The notes under the pieces: generated by a model
Seen by the model: the letters and a program-made list of their open reading frames with translations, nothing else
What the model was told of the DNA's origin: nothing
The model's database searches: none
Position numbers and translations under genes: made by a program
From: Candidatus Latescibacterota bacterium
Lineage (GTDB): Bacteria; Latescibacterota; UBA2968; UBA8231
Direction of reading: 5' to 3'
Length of the DNA stretch: 64,000 bases
Assembly (NCBI GenBank): GCA_965200315.1
Contig: OZ241362.1
Location: 5,088,001 to 5,152,000 of the forward strand
Shown here: positions 16,865 through 26,700 of the stretch, piece after piece
Layout: every line of letters begins with the position of its first letter
Numbering within the stretch: the first letter of the stretch is position 1

Positions 16865-19023
16865 CAAACTTTCAGGTTGTCGTAGTAGATTTCAGCGGGA
16901 GAATAGCCGTAGAGTCCGGGGCTGCCGCTGCGGTTGGGCAGGGGATCGACCGCTTGGATGCTCCACGCGGCTGGCTCTGGCTCGTCGCGGGGCCAGACCT
17001 TGCCGCGGATGTAGGCCATATCGCCTTTGAGTTCCACCTGGATCTTCACGGTGTACCAGACGCCGGTTTCCCAAGCAAAGGGCACGGTTTTGGCCATCCG
17101 CAGCTCGGCGGCCCAAGTGCGAATCTGCAACTGCTGATGGTAGCCCATCAGGTCAAGGGTGTAGCGATTGGCGATCAGGCCCATGTCGGGGACGGCGCGG
17201 CGCTTCTTGGTGCCGAGCAGGTCGGCTTGGATGGTGTAGCCGGTCATGGTGGGCGCACCGAGGTAGGTGTTGGCGCGGTGCAGGCCGCGGGCGGCGGGTG
17301 GCTTGACCAACACCTTGTTGCCTTCCATTTCGCGCACCTTGAATTTGGTGCCTGTGCCGATCCAAGCTGGCGAGGCGTCAACGGTGAAACCCTCGAAGTC
17401 TTCGCTGTAGGTTGGCGGCGGCAGCACGGCGATGCGCGCCTCGGCAGTCAATTCGCCGGCGCTGGCGACGATTTTGCCACCGCTCGGTGCGTCTGCGAGG
17501 ACAAGCGTATTGCCGTCGAGTTGGCCAACTGGACCGGCGAGTGTCCATTCGGCTGAGGCCGGGCCAATTAGGCGGCCGTCTGCGTCGAAGGTTCGGGCGC
17601 GGAACAGCACGCGGGCCCCGGGCTGAGCTACGACTTCGGCGGGAATGATTTGCAGGTGCGCCGGTGTTGCGCTTGGGGCAGCTTGCGCGCGTGGGTAGCT
17701 CGCTGCGGTCGCGGCGACCTCGAACCTCGCCGCTGGATCGCCGAGGCAGTAAACGCCCGCTTCGGTGGCAAGGTAGATGTGGCCGTAGGCTACGGCAGGC
17801 GAGCCGAACAGTTCGGCCGGGCGTCCGTCGGGCATGGCAATCTCGGCGAGGTCGAGGGTCTCGGCGGCGGTGCTGTCAGGGGCGACGATGACAAAGCGGC
17901 CGTTGACCTCTGGCGCGTAGAGCCGGCCGTCGGCCAGCACAGGCGATCCCTTGCCGACGGTGCCGATGTTGTGGACCCAGTGGACTTGGCCGGTCTCGGC
18001 GTCGAGTGCGTGGATGTTGGCCGAGTTGTCGATGAGGTACAAGCGGCCGTCGTGGACGACCGGGCTACTGTAACCGGCGAAGACGCCATCGTAGCGCCAG
18101 ACCTCGTGGGTGTTCGCAACGTCGCCTTGGCCCGTGGCGTCGATGCACACGACGCGGCCGAGGGCGGTGTTGTCGAGGTTTTCCTCGCTGTGGGCTGCGT
18201 ACACCTTGTCGCCCGCGACGACGACCGAAGAGTTGATGCCGCGCCGACTCAGCTTGAAGCCCCACACCGTCTCGCCGGTGCGGATTTTCATGGCATAGAT
18301 GGCGCCGTCGGCGTTGCCGCCGATGAGCAGGCGGACGCCGTTGATGGTGGCGACGACGGGGACTGAGTACGTGGTGTCGAGCGGCCGGCCCCCCGGGGTG
18401 GCGATCCAGACGACTGCGCCGCTGCGCTTGTCAAAGGCGAAGTAGCGATGGCGGCCCGGCGTGTGCTGGCCCCAATTGGAGCTGAGATAGCTGATGATGA
18501 CGAGGTCTTCATCGACGACGGGCGTGTGGACGCGGCCGCCGTAGCCGGAGATGCGCCCGAATTCCTCGGTCAGCGAGCGCGACCATATTACCTTGCCGTC
18601 GCGGTCAAAGCAAAAGAACAGTCCGCTGACCGTGTGGGCATAGACATAGCCGGTCTCTGGGTCGCCGGCGAGGCTGGCCCAGCCGACGCGATTGAAGGGG
18701 ATGGTGGTGTGGAAGATGTTGTAGGCGTGTTCCCAGAGCAGGGTGCCGTCTTGGGCGTCAAAGGCGGCCACAACGCCCTCTTCCGCGATGTCCTCGCCGC
18801 GGCGACCGATGACGAATACTCGTCCGTCGAGGACGATGGGGGTCGAGCGGCTGGTGAATTCGGCGTGCCAGACCGGCGACCAGGATGCGACGAGGCCGGT
18901 CTCTTCGGAGACGCCGTTTTGCGCTGGGCCGCGCCAAGAGGGCCAGTCGGCTGGGTAGGCGCTGGAAACGGCGAACAGGAGGCCAAGAAAGGCATGGGGA
19001 AGTTGCAGGCGGAGATTGGGCAC
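16861..19023 (-). CDS. Secreted PQQ-like beta-propeller with C-terminal Ig-like and beta-sandwich domains
   Basis: GTG at 19023 with AAGGA Shine-Dalgarno; ADWPSWRGP; blades; then LQIIPAEV..FRARTFDADG (Ig-like) and YSEDFE...WYTVK..RGKVWPRDEPEPAAW..GSPGLYG..YYDNLKV (concanavalin/LamG-like). Confidence 0.8.
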   Translation of the reverse strand: MPNLRLQLPHAFLGLLFAVSSAYPADWPSWRGPAQNGVSEETGLVASWSPVWHAEFTSRSTPIVLDGRVFVIGRRGEDIAEEGVVAAFDAQDGTLLWEHAYNIFHTTIPFNRVGWASLAGDPETGYVYAHTVSGLFFCFDRDGKVIWSRSLTEEFGRISGYGGRVHTPVVDEDLVIISYLSSNWGQHTPGRHRYFAFDKRSGAVVWIATPGGRPLDTTYSVPVVATINGVRLLIGGNADGAIYAMKIRTGETVWGFKLSRRGINSSVVVAGDKVYAAHSEENLDNTALGRVVCIDATGQGDVANTHEVWRYDGVFAGYSSPVVHDGRLYLIDNSANIHALDAETGQVHWVHNIGTVGKGSPVLADGRLYAPEVNGRFVIVAPDSTAAETLDLAEIAMPDGRPAELFGSPAVAYGHIYLATEAGVYCLGDPAARFEVAATAASYPRAQAAPSATPAHLQIIPAEVVAQPGARVLFRARTFDADGRLIGPASAEWTLAGPVGQLDGNTLVLADAPSGGKIVASAGELTAEARIAVLPPPTYSEDFEGFTVDASPAWIGTGTKFKVREMEGNKVLVKPPAARGLHRANTYLGAPTMTGYTIQADLLGTKKRRAVPDMGLIANRYTLDLMGYHQQLQIRTWAAELRMAKTVPFAWETGVWYTVKIQVELKGDMAYIRGKVWPRDEPEPAAWSIQAVDPLPNRSGSPGLYGYSPAEIYYDNLKVW

Positions 19024-19068
19024 GGCTAGTCCTTGGTAGAGCAAGAGCGGAGGTTGAACTTTAGTAAG

Positions 19069-19098
19069 TACATAAAGAGTGTCGCCAATTCTTGTCAA
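19069..19098 (-). promoter_or_regulatory. Possible sigma70-type promoter for the propeller cluster
   Basis: Perfect TTGACA on the minus strand at 19098-19093 in the divergent intergenic region; -10 box is weak (TTATGT/TATGTA). Confidence 0.3.
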
Positions 19099-19150
19099 TC
19101 GGCGGCTTGATGTGCAATTTGTCCAAGTCCATTCACAAGCGGGAGGAGCC

Positions 19151-20362
19151 ATGAGCAATCAGAAAGACTACACAGTCCGTGCGACCCACTGTAGCCACCA
19201 AGCGTCGCCGGATGAAATCTACGACCAGCTAGCGGAAATCACTGCGCCGTTGCAGCGGTCGTGGGCCAAGATCGAAAAGGCGCGGCGGATCGGCATCAAG
19301 ATCAACATGCAGATGCGGACCAATAGTATCCGCCGGATCGGCGGGCGGCGGCAGGAATTGGTAGATGACGACGTGATGCGGGCGGTGCTGCGGCTGTTGC
19401 GGGAGCGCAGCGACGCGGAGATTTTCGCGCTCGACACCAGTGCTGCGCCGCCGGGCGAGCGCCCAGGTGACGATTTCAACGCCGGGCATATCTTGGAGGA
19501 ATTTGGCGTCGAATACGTCGAGGCTGGCGATCCGCCCTTTGAGCGCTACAAGGTGCCTAACGGTGGGATCATGTTTTCCGAGTACCAGCTTTCCGCCGCT
19601 TTGGGCGAGGCCGACGCCTTCGTCTCGCTGGCCAAGATGAAAAACCACGGTTTTATGGGCATTACCCTGTGCCTGAAAAACCTCTTCGGCCTGCCGCCAA
19701 TCCCGCCGCATGGCCGCTTGCGCACGTACTTCCATCACGTCATCCGTCTCTCGTATGTCCTGCCCGATTTAGGACTGATTGCCCAACCTTGTCTCAACAT
19801 TATCGACGGACTGACCGGTCAGGCTCGCAGGGAGTGGGGTGGCGAGGGGCGGATCGCCGACTGCTTGGTCGCGGGTGATCACGTCATCGCCACTGACGCT
19901 TGTGGGTCGTACCTGATGGGCACGGACCCCCGGCTCGATTGGCCGACGCCGCCCTTCCGCCGCGACCGCAGCCCGGTGGCGGTGGCGGCCGAGCACGGCT
20001 TCGGCACGGTAGATTTGGACGAAATCGACTTTGCTGCGGAGGGCCTGACGCCGCCGGTAGCTGAATTTGACTCGGCGGAAGCTGAGCCGCCGGAGCAGAT
20101 CGCACGGCTGCGACAGACGGCCAGCGAGCAGGCGCTTTTTTACCGCGACCACTGCGAGCGGATTTGGGACGCCCACGCTGGCCAGTACGTCTTTTTGCAG
20201 GACGGCGAGGTGATTTGGAGCGGACTCAAGCCCGAAGAAGCGGGAGCCGTACAGCACGTTGCCGCCGGCAAAAAGGATCAGGCGGTCTGGCTCAAGTTAG
20301 CCGATCCTGAAGAGTGCGAAGGTGAGCGGATGGAGGTGTACGAGAAGATTCTGGCGGCTTGA
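19151..20362 (+). CDS. DUF362 domain protein with DUF5678-like C-terminal domain
   Basis: GGAGG Shine-Dalgarno then ATG 19151; IKIN, SLAKMKNH..ITLCLKNLFG, LNIIDG, GDHVIATD; tail HAGQYVFLQDGEVIWSG. Confidence 0.75.
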   Translation: MSNQKDYTVRATHCSHQASPDEIYDQLAEITAPLQRSWAKIEKARRIGIKINMQMRTNSIRRIGGRRQELVDDDVMRAVLRLLRERSDAEIFALDTSAAPPGERPGDDFNAGHILEEFGVEYVEAGDPPFERYKVPNGGIMFSEYQLSAALGEADAFVSLAKMKNHGFMGITLCLKNLFGLPPIPPHGRLRTYFHHVIRLSYVLPDLGLIAQPCLNIIDGLTGQARREWGGEGRIADCLVAGDHVIATDACGSYLMGTDPRLDWPTPPFRRDRSPVAVAAEHGFGTVDLDEIDFAAEGLTPPVAEFDSAEAEPPEQIARLRQTASEQALFYRDHCERIWDAHAGQYVFLQDGEVIWSGLKPEEAGAVQHVAAGKKDQAVWLKLADPEECEGERMEVYEKILAA

Positions 20363-20363
20363 A

Positions 20364-23300
20364 ATGAATTATCAAAGCGGATTGCGCGATAACTACTCCA
20401 GAGGCAGTGCCGGAGACTATCTCGCCGGCCTGCTCAGACAAGATACAGAGCTATCTGTTGTTTCTGCATACTTTTCGATGCAGGCGTACCGTGCATTGCA
20501 GAAAAAGCTGGATCAGATCGACCACCTGCGTTTTCTCTTTGGGGAGCCGAAGTTTTTAGGTCGCCTCGACAAGGACCTGAAAGCGACGAGGGAATACAGC
20601 CTCAGTGAGCAGGGGCTCAAGCTAGAAAATCAACTGTCGCAGCGAAAACTCGCTAAAGAGTGTGCTGATTGGATAAACGAAAAGGTCGATATCCGATCCG
20701 TGCGGCAAGCGGGTCTGTTGCACGGGAAGATGTATCACGTCCAGAATGGCGAGGTAGCCCATGCTCTTCTTGGAAGCTCGAATTTTACTGTTCCGGGCCT
20801 TGGCCTTGGTGAACGCGGCAACAACATTGAGCTCAACCTCGTCGTTGATAGCGACCGCGATCGCCAAGACCTGCTAGCGTGGTTCAATGATTGGTGGTCC
20901 TGTGATAAGCGTACCGAAGATGTTAGAGCACAAGTGCTCCGCGAATTGGCCCGTCTCTACGACAATCAAGCGCCCGAATTTATCTACTACCTGACGCTCT
21001 TCCACCTTTTTCGAGACTTCGTAGATGGCGAAAGAGACGCCGAAACCGAATTGGACCGCTTGGCGCTACCGGACATGAACATCTGGAAAGCACTTTACTC
21101 CTTCCAGAAGGATGGTGCCAAGGCAGCGATCAACAAAATTCGGGAGTTTAACGGTTGTGTTCTTGCCGATAGTGTGGGCCTTGGCAAAACCTTCACAGCC
21201 CTCGCGGTGATCAAGTATTTTGAACTCAAGAACGAGCGGGTGTTAGTACTTTGTCCCAAGAAATTGCGCCTGAACTGGATCCTCTACCGCAACAACAGCA
21301 ACCTGAATCCTTTTGTCGAGGATAGATTCCGCTACGACGTGCTGTCCCACACCGATCTCTCCCGGGAACGAGGGGATGTAGATGGCATTGACCTCGCTAC
21401 GATGAACTGGGGCAACTACGACCTCTTGGTCATCGACGAATCGCACAACTTCCGCAACAACAACCGAGCGCGGCAAACGCCGGGGGATAAACCCAAGCAG
21501 ACGCGATACGAGAAACTCGTTGAAGAAATTGTCAACAAGGGGATTAGAACAAAGGTTCTGCTGATTTCGGCGACCCCGGTGAATAACGAGCTTTCCGACC
21601 TGCGCAATCAAATCTCCTTCATTGCGGGCGGCGATGTATCGCGGGATCCAGTAGCCGATGCCGCCTTCCACCGCAACCTAGAAATTCAATCCGTCAAGGA
21701 GACGAATCGCAAAGCTCAGGCGCATTTTACGGCGTGGGCAAATCAACCGCCCGCGAAACGCCGTAATCACGATCTACTGCAAGCGATTGGCGGAGACTTT
21801 TTTAAACTATTGGACGGCCTAAGTATCGCCCGGTCCCGCAAACAGATTCAGCGGTATTACGAGAAGGAAATGGCCGCGCTCGGTGGATTCCCGGACCGGC
21901 CTCCCCCGCGCTCAATCCATCCGCCGATTGACCGCGAGGAGGGGTATTTGTCTTTTGAGCAGTTGGACGATGAAATCAATAAGCTAACGCTGGCCCTCTA
22001 CCATCCAACGCATCACCTGAGTTCAGACCTTCCTGACGCTATCAAGAAAAGCTACCAAGACGAAATCATGGGGGGATTTACTCAGGAAGGCCGCGAGAAA
22101 ATTCTCATTAGCATGATGAAGGTCAATCTGCTCAAGCGGCTAGAAAGTTCGGTGGATTCATTCCGCCTGACGCTATCGAGAACAATAGAGAAGATCGACG
22201 AACTAGAGAAAAGAATCCAAAGCTTTGAACGACATATAGAAGAGAATCCAGAAGTCGATTACGACACTGTGATGCCGGGCGACCTCGACGATCCCGACCT
22301 CGAAGACAGCGACTTTACGGTGGGAGGAAAGCGCAGGTTCCACTTGGGGCACATTGACCTTGCCCAATGGTGCGCAGCGATTCGCCGCGACCGGGAACAG
22401 CTTCAATTCCTGCTGAAAGGGGCAACCGCCATATCCGTAGAACGAGATGCAAAACTGGCGGAACTGCGGGCTGTCATTGACGACAAGTTTAGGGAGCCGA
22501 CCACGACCAAGGATGGACGGAAAAATCGCAAGGTGCTCATCTTCACGGCATTCGCGGATACTGCGCGCTACCTACACGCCAACCTCGTTCAACACATACG
22601 AAAACAGGGTGCGCACATGGCGCTGGTCTGCGGCGACGGCGGCAATAAGACCTCGCTGGGTAATGCAGACTACGATGACATTCTCACCAACTTCAGTCCG
22701 ATCTCCAAGCAGCGAGCTGAACGTCCCGGCTTCTCGCAGGACGAGGAAATTGACGTTCTGATTGCTACGGACTGTATCTCCGAAGGCCAGAACCTCCAAG
22801 ACTGCGACCTGCTGATTAACTACGACATCCACTGGAATCCAGTGCGCATCATACAGCGTTTCGGGCGCATCGACCGCATCGGTACGCACAACAAAGCCGT
22901 TCACTTAACCAACTTCTGGCCGGTGCAGGACTTGGATCATTATCTAAACGTGAAGCACCGCGTTGAAGCGCGCATGGCGTTGGTTGACCTGTCCGCAACT
23001 CAGACCGATAATCTGCTCGAAGACGGGCAACTTGAAGAGCTGATTGCGAAAGATCTTCTGTTCCGCAACCAGCAGTTGAAGCGCTTACAAAAAGAAATCC
23101 TCGACTTGGAGGATTTTGACGACCATATCACGCTGTCCGACTTCTCGCTGGATGAGTTCCGGCTCGATCTGTTGCAGTTTCTCGAGTTGCGCCGCGCTGA
23201 ATTAGAAGCCGCACATCCCGGTCTCTATGCCGCGGTGCCGCCCAAAGCCGATAATCCGCTGGCGCAACCGGGCGTCATTTTTTGTTTGCAACACTGTCCT

Positions 23301-23714
23301 GCCGACGAGTCTGAGGTTCTTCCGCAAAAAGGCGGAGTGCCCGAGATCAATCCACTTGGCCGTTACTACCTGATCTACGTTTTGGACGACGGCACTGTGC
23401 GCCTGACTTTTGCCCAACCCAAGCAGGCCCTCAACCTCCTGCGCGATTTGGCCACTGGGCACTCCTCGGCACTTGAGGAACTGTGCGACCTATTCGACGT
23501 GCGGACACAGGATGGGGCCGATATGAGCCGCTATGATCGGCTCGTCAAAAAGGCCCTTGAATCGATCAAGCGCACGTTCAGTAAGCGCGCTATGGAAATG
23601 CTGGTTGCCGGGCGCAGCGGTCGGTTGCCGGCGGCCGGCGAAGTTCCCTCTGATCACGAAGAAGAGTACAAGCTGTTGACTTGGCTGGTCATCTTGGATA
23701 CATATAGCGAGTAA
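20364..23714 (+). CDS. PLD nuclease-SNF2-type helicase fusion (defence-associated)
   Basis: LHGKMY...LLGSSNFT (PLD motif); LADSVGLGKT, DESHNFRN, SATPVNN, ATDCISEGQNLQ, NYDIHWNP..IQRFGRIDRIG. Confidence 0.88.
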   Translation: MNYQSGLRDNYSRGSAGDYLAGLLRQDTELSVVSAYFSMQAYRALQKKLDQIDHLRFLFGEPKFLGRLDKDLKATREYSLSEQGLKLENQLSQRKLAKECADWINEKVDIRSVRQAGLLHGKMYHVQNGEVAHALLGSSNFTVPGLGLGERGNNIELNLVVDSDRDRQDLLAWFNDWWSCDKRTEDVRAQVLRELARLYDNQAPEFIYYLTLFHLFRDFVDGERDAETELDRLALPDMNIWKALYSFQKDGAKAAINKIREFNGCVLADSVGLGKTFTALAVIKYFELKNERVLVLCPKKLRLNWILYRNNSNLNPFVEDRFRYDVLSHTDLSRERGDVDGIDLATMNWGNYDLLVIDESHNFRNNNRARQTPGDKPKQTRYEKLVEEIVNKGIRTKVLLISATPVNNELSDLRNQISFIAGGDVSRDPVADAAFHRNLEIQSVKETNRKAQAHFTAWANQPPAKRRNHDLLQAIGGDFFKLLDGLSIARSRKQIQRYYEKEMAALGGFPDRPPPRSIHPPIDREEGYLSFEQLDDEINKLTLALYHPTHHLSSDLPDAIKKSYQDEIMGGFTQEGREKILISMMKVNLLKRLESSVDSFRLTLSRTIEKIDELEKRIQSFERHIEENPEVDYDTVMPGDLDDPDLEDSDFTVGGKRRFHLGHIDLAQWCAAIRRDREQLQFLLKGATAISVERDAKLAELRAVIDDKFREPTTTKDGRKNRKVLIFTAFADTARYLHANLVQHIRKQGAHMALVCGDGGNKTSLGNADYDDILTNFSPISKQRAERPGFSQDEEIDVLIATDCISEGQNLQDCDLLINYDIHWNPVRIIQRFGRIDRIGTHNKAVHLTNFWPVQDLDHYLNVKHRVEARMALVDLSATQTDNLLEDGQLEELIAKDLLFRNQQLKRLQKEILDLEDFDDHITLSDFSLDEFRLDLLQFLELRRAELEAAHPGLYAAVPPKADNPLAQPGVIFCLQHCPADESEVLPQKGGVPEINPLGRYYLIYVLDDGTVRLTFAQPKQALNLLRDLATGHSSALEELCDLFDVRTQDGADMSRYDRLVKKALESIKRTFSKRAMEMLVAGRSGRLPAAGEVPSDHEEEYKLLTWLVILDTYSE

Positions 23715-23720
23715 CAGACT

Positions 23721-26700
23721 ATGAAAGACTCGAACAGAAACCAAATTGCGGGTGCGCTGGCGGCGATGCCAGCGGACGACTTTATGGCTGCGGCACAGGA
23801 GCTATTGAATGTCTTGCGCTATGAGAGCACGAAGAGGATTCCGCTTTCCGGCGATGTGGACGCTTTTTTAGCGGCACTGCCGCCGAGTCCCAAGACGCAG
23901 GCGACCGAGCGGTTTCGCAGCAACGCGGCATCCGCGCATATCGTCTTTCAGCTAACGGACGAGGAAATCGCGGTTGGGGCGAAGGGGCAACAAAGGCTGC
24001 TCACGACCAATGGCTTTGATACAGGCAACAACAAGAGTTTTCTCTTTGTGGCGGTGGAGTTGACCGGGACCAGTTACTCTCGCAGCGAGTACTCCTTGTT
24101 CACCCGCGAGATCAACAAGCGGTTTCCCATCCCCACCGTCGTCCTATTCAAGACCGCCAACGATCTGCTTACGCTCGCTTTTGTCCATCGCCGCGAAAAC
24201 AAGCGCAACCCGGAGCGCGATGTGCTCGGCAGCGTTGCGCTCGTGCGGCAGATAGACTTGAGCGATCCCCATCGCGCTCATCTAGACATTCTCGGCGACC
24301 TTGCGTTGGAAGAGCGACTGCGCTGGATGGATACCAAAGACCATCCAACGAATTTTGACGGCTTGCTAGCTGCTTGGCTGGACGCACTGGACACCGAGGA
24401 ACTGAACCGCCGGTTCTACCGAGACCTGTTCGGCTGGTTCGAGCGCACTATCCGCGAGGCGACTTTTCCGAGCAAGCAGAAACGAACGCTCCCGCCGGAG
24501 GAACACGTCATCCGCCTCATTACTCGCCTGTTGTTTATTTGGTTCATCAAAGAGAAAAGGCTGGTCGCCGAAGAGCTATTCATTGAGGAGCAGGTCAGCC
24601 GACTGCTGAAAAATTACGACCGCGACGCGGGAGATTCCTATTACCGAGCCGTGTTGCAAAACCTGTTTTTCGCTACGCTAAACACGGAAATAGGCAAGCG
24701 CGGTTTTAGCAAGGTAAGCAATACCACACACCGCAATTTTTCTCGCTATCGCCATAAAAAAGAAATCAGCGATCCCGACGCGCTATTGGATTTGTTAGCT
24801 CAGACCCCTTTCATCAACGGAGGCTTATTTGACTGTCTCGATAGTGAAGAGGCAACCGGCGACGGCGGCTATCGCATCGACTGCTTTTCCGACAACCCGA
24901 GTCATCGCAACCTACTGTCCATTCCCAATCGCCTGTTCTTTGACGATAAAGGGCTAATTCGCCTGTTTGAACACTACAAGTTCACAGTGGAGGAGAACAC
25001 GCCAGCGGAGCGGGAAGTTGCGCTGGACCCGGAATTGTTGGGCAAGGTCTTTGAAAACCTGCTGGCCGCTGTCAATCCAGAAACCCGCGAGACGGCCCGC
25101 AAGCAGACGGGGTCTTACTATACGCCGCGGCCGGTAGTGGATTATATGGTGGATGAGGCGTTGGTGGAGACGTTGGCGGCCAAAATCCAACCGGCGGATG
25201 GCGATAGCAAGTTTTGGCGAGAGCGACTCCATTATCTGCTGGACTACAACGACGCTAGCGAACTTTTTGACGCGGATGAAACTGAGGGTCTCGTTCGCGC
25301 CATCGCCGGGATCAAGATTCTCGATCCGGCCGTGGGTTCGGGTGCTTTTCCTATGGGGGTACTGCACAAGCTGACGCTGGCTCTGCGTCGCCTTGACCCG
25401 GAGAACAAGCAGTGGGAAACGCTGCAAAAGGAAATGGCTGGACGGCGTGCGACCGATGCTTTTGATACCCATAATCGCCGGGAACGCCCGGCCGAATTGA
25501 AGGAAATAAGCGATACTTTTGAGCGTTACCGCGACTCGGACTTCGGGCGTAAGCTGTATCTCATTCAGAACAGCATTTTTGGTGTGGACATTCAGCCCAT
25601 CGCCTGCCAGATCGCCAAGCTGCGGTTCTTCATTTCTCTTGCTATTGAGCAGGAACCTAACAGCGACCAAGATGACAACTTTGGCATTCAGCCGTTGCCC
25701 AATTTGGAGACGCGGTTTGTGGCGGCGAATACGCTGTTGGGATTAGGTAAACGAGTCTTGGCTAGCGACGAAGCACACCGTTTAGAGCGAGAATTACACG
25801 CCAATCGCGAGCGGCATTTCCACGCTACTAATCGTCGGGTAAAACTGAGATGCCGTAAGGTTGATGAGAAACTACGGGAAGCTTTGGCAGGGAAATTAAG
25901 GCAGATTGGGATGCCCACTGCCGCTGCGGACAAAATCGCGCAGTGGAACCCTTATGACCAGAACGCGAAAGCGGATTGGTTCGACGCCGAATATATGTTC
26001 GGTGTGCCCAAGGGATTTGACGCGGTGATTGGGAATCCGCCATACATTCAGTTACAGAAAGACGGCGGCAAACTGGGCAAGCTCTACAAGGATATCGGCT
26101 ATGAAACGTTCGCCCGCACTGGCGACATCTATCAGCTTTTCTATGAGTGTGGCTGTCAGTTGCTCAGACCGACTCAAGGCTTGCTGGTCTATATCACTTC
26201 CAATAGCTGGCTCAAGGCGGAATACGGCAAAGCCCTGCGACGCTACTTCTCCGAGAGGCACACGTCGCTACGCCTGCTGGAAACGGGTAAGGATGTTTTT
26301 GAGAACGCCATTGTTGACACCAGCATCCTGATCGTGCGCGAGGGCAGAGGCAATACCACATGCGATGCCGTTGATATGGACAAGCTGGACGCTAAAGACT
26401 TCCCACCTGATGAAAGTCTTTGGGGACAGATGCACCCGGATGGCGAAAAGCCTTGGAGTATTCTGTCTCAAGCCGAACACAGCGTTATGAATAAGATGAA
26501 GGCTAAAGGGATTCCATTGAAAGATTGGGAGATAAAGATAAATCGTGGAATCACTACTGGCTGCAATGATGCTTTCATAATTGATGATGAGACCAAAAAG
26601 GGACTCGTTAGAGAAGACTCTAATTCTGCGGATCTCATCAAGCCGGTACTACGTGGCCGGGACATTCAGCGTTATCAAGCAAAGTGGGCTGGCTTTTGGC

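Noticed and set aside
3838-19023. Propellers as classical PQQ alcohol/glucose dehydrogenases or BamB
   Set aside because: They are shorter or differently built than quinoprotein ADHs, with no vicinal CC disulfide or WDYD-type motif, no lipobox and no bam context; no pqq genes are in the window.
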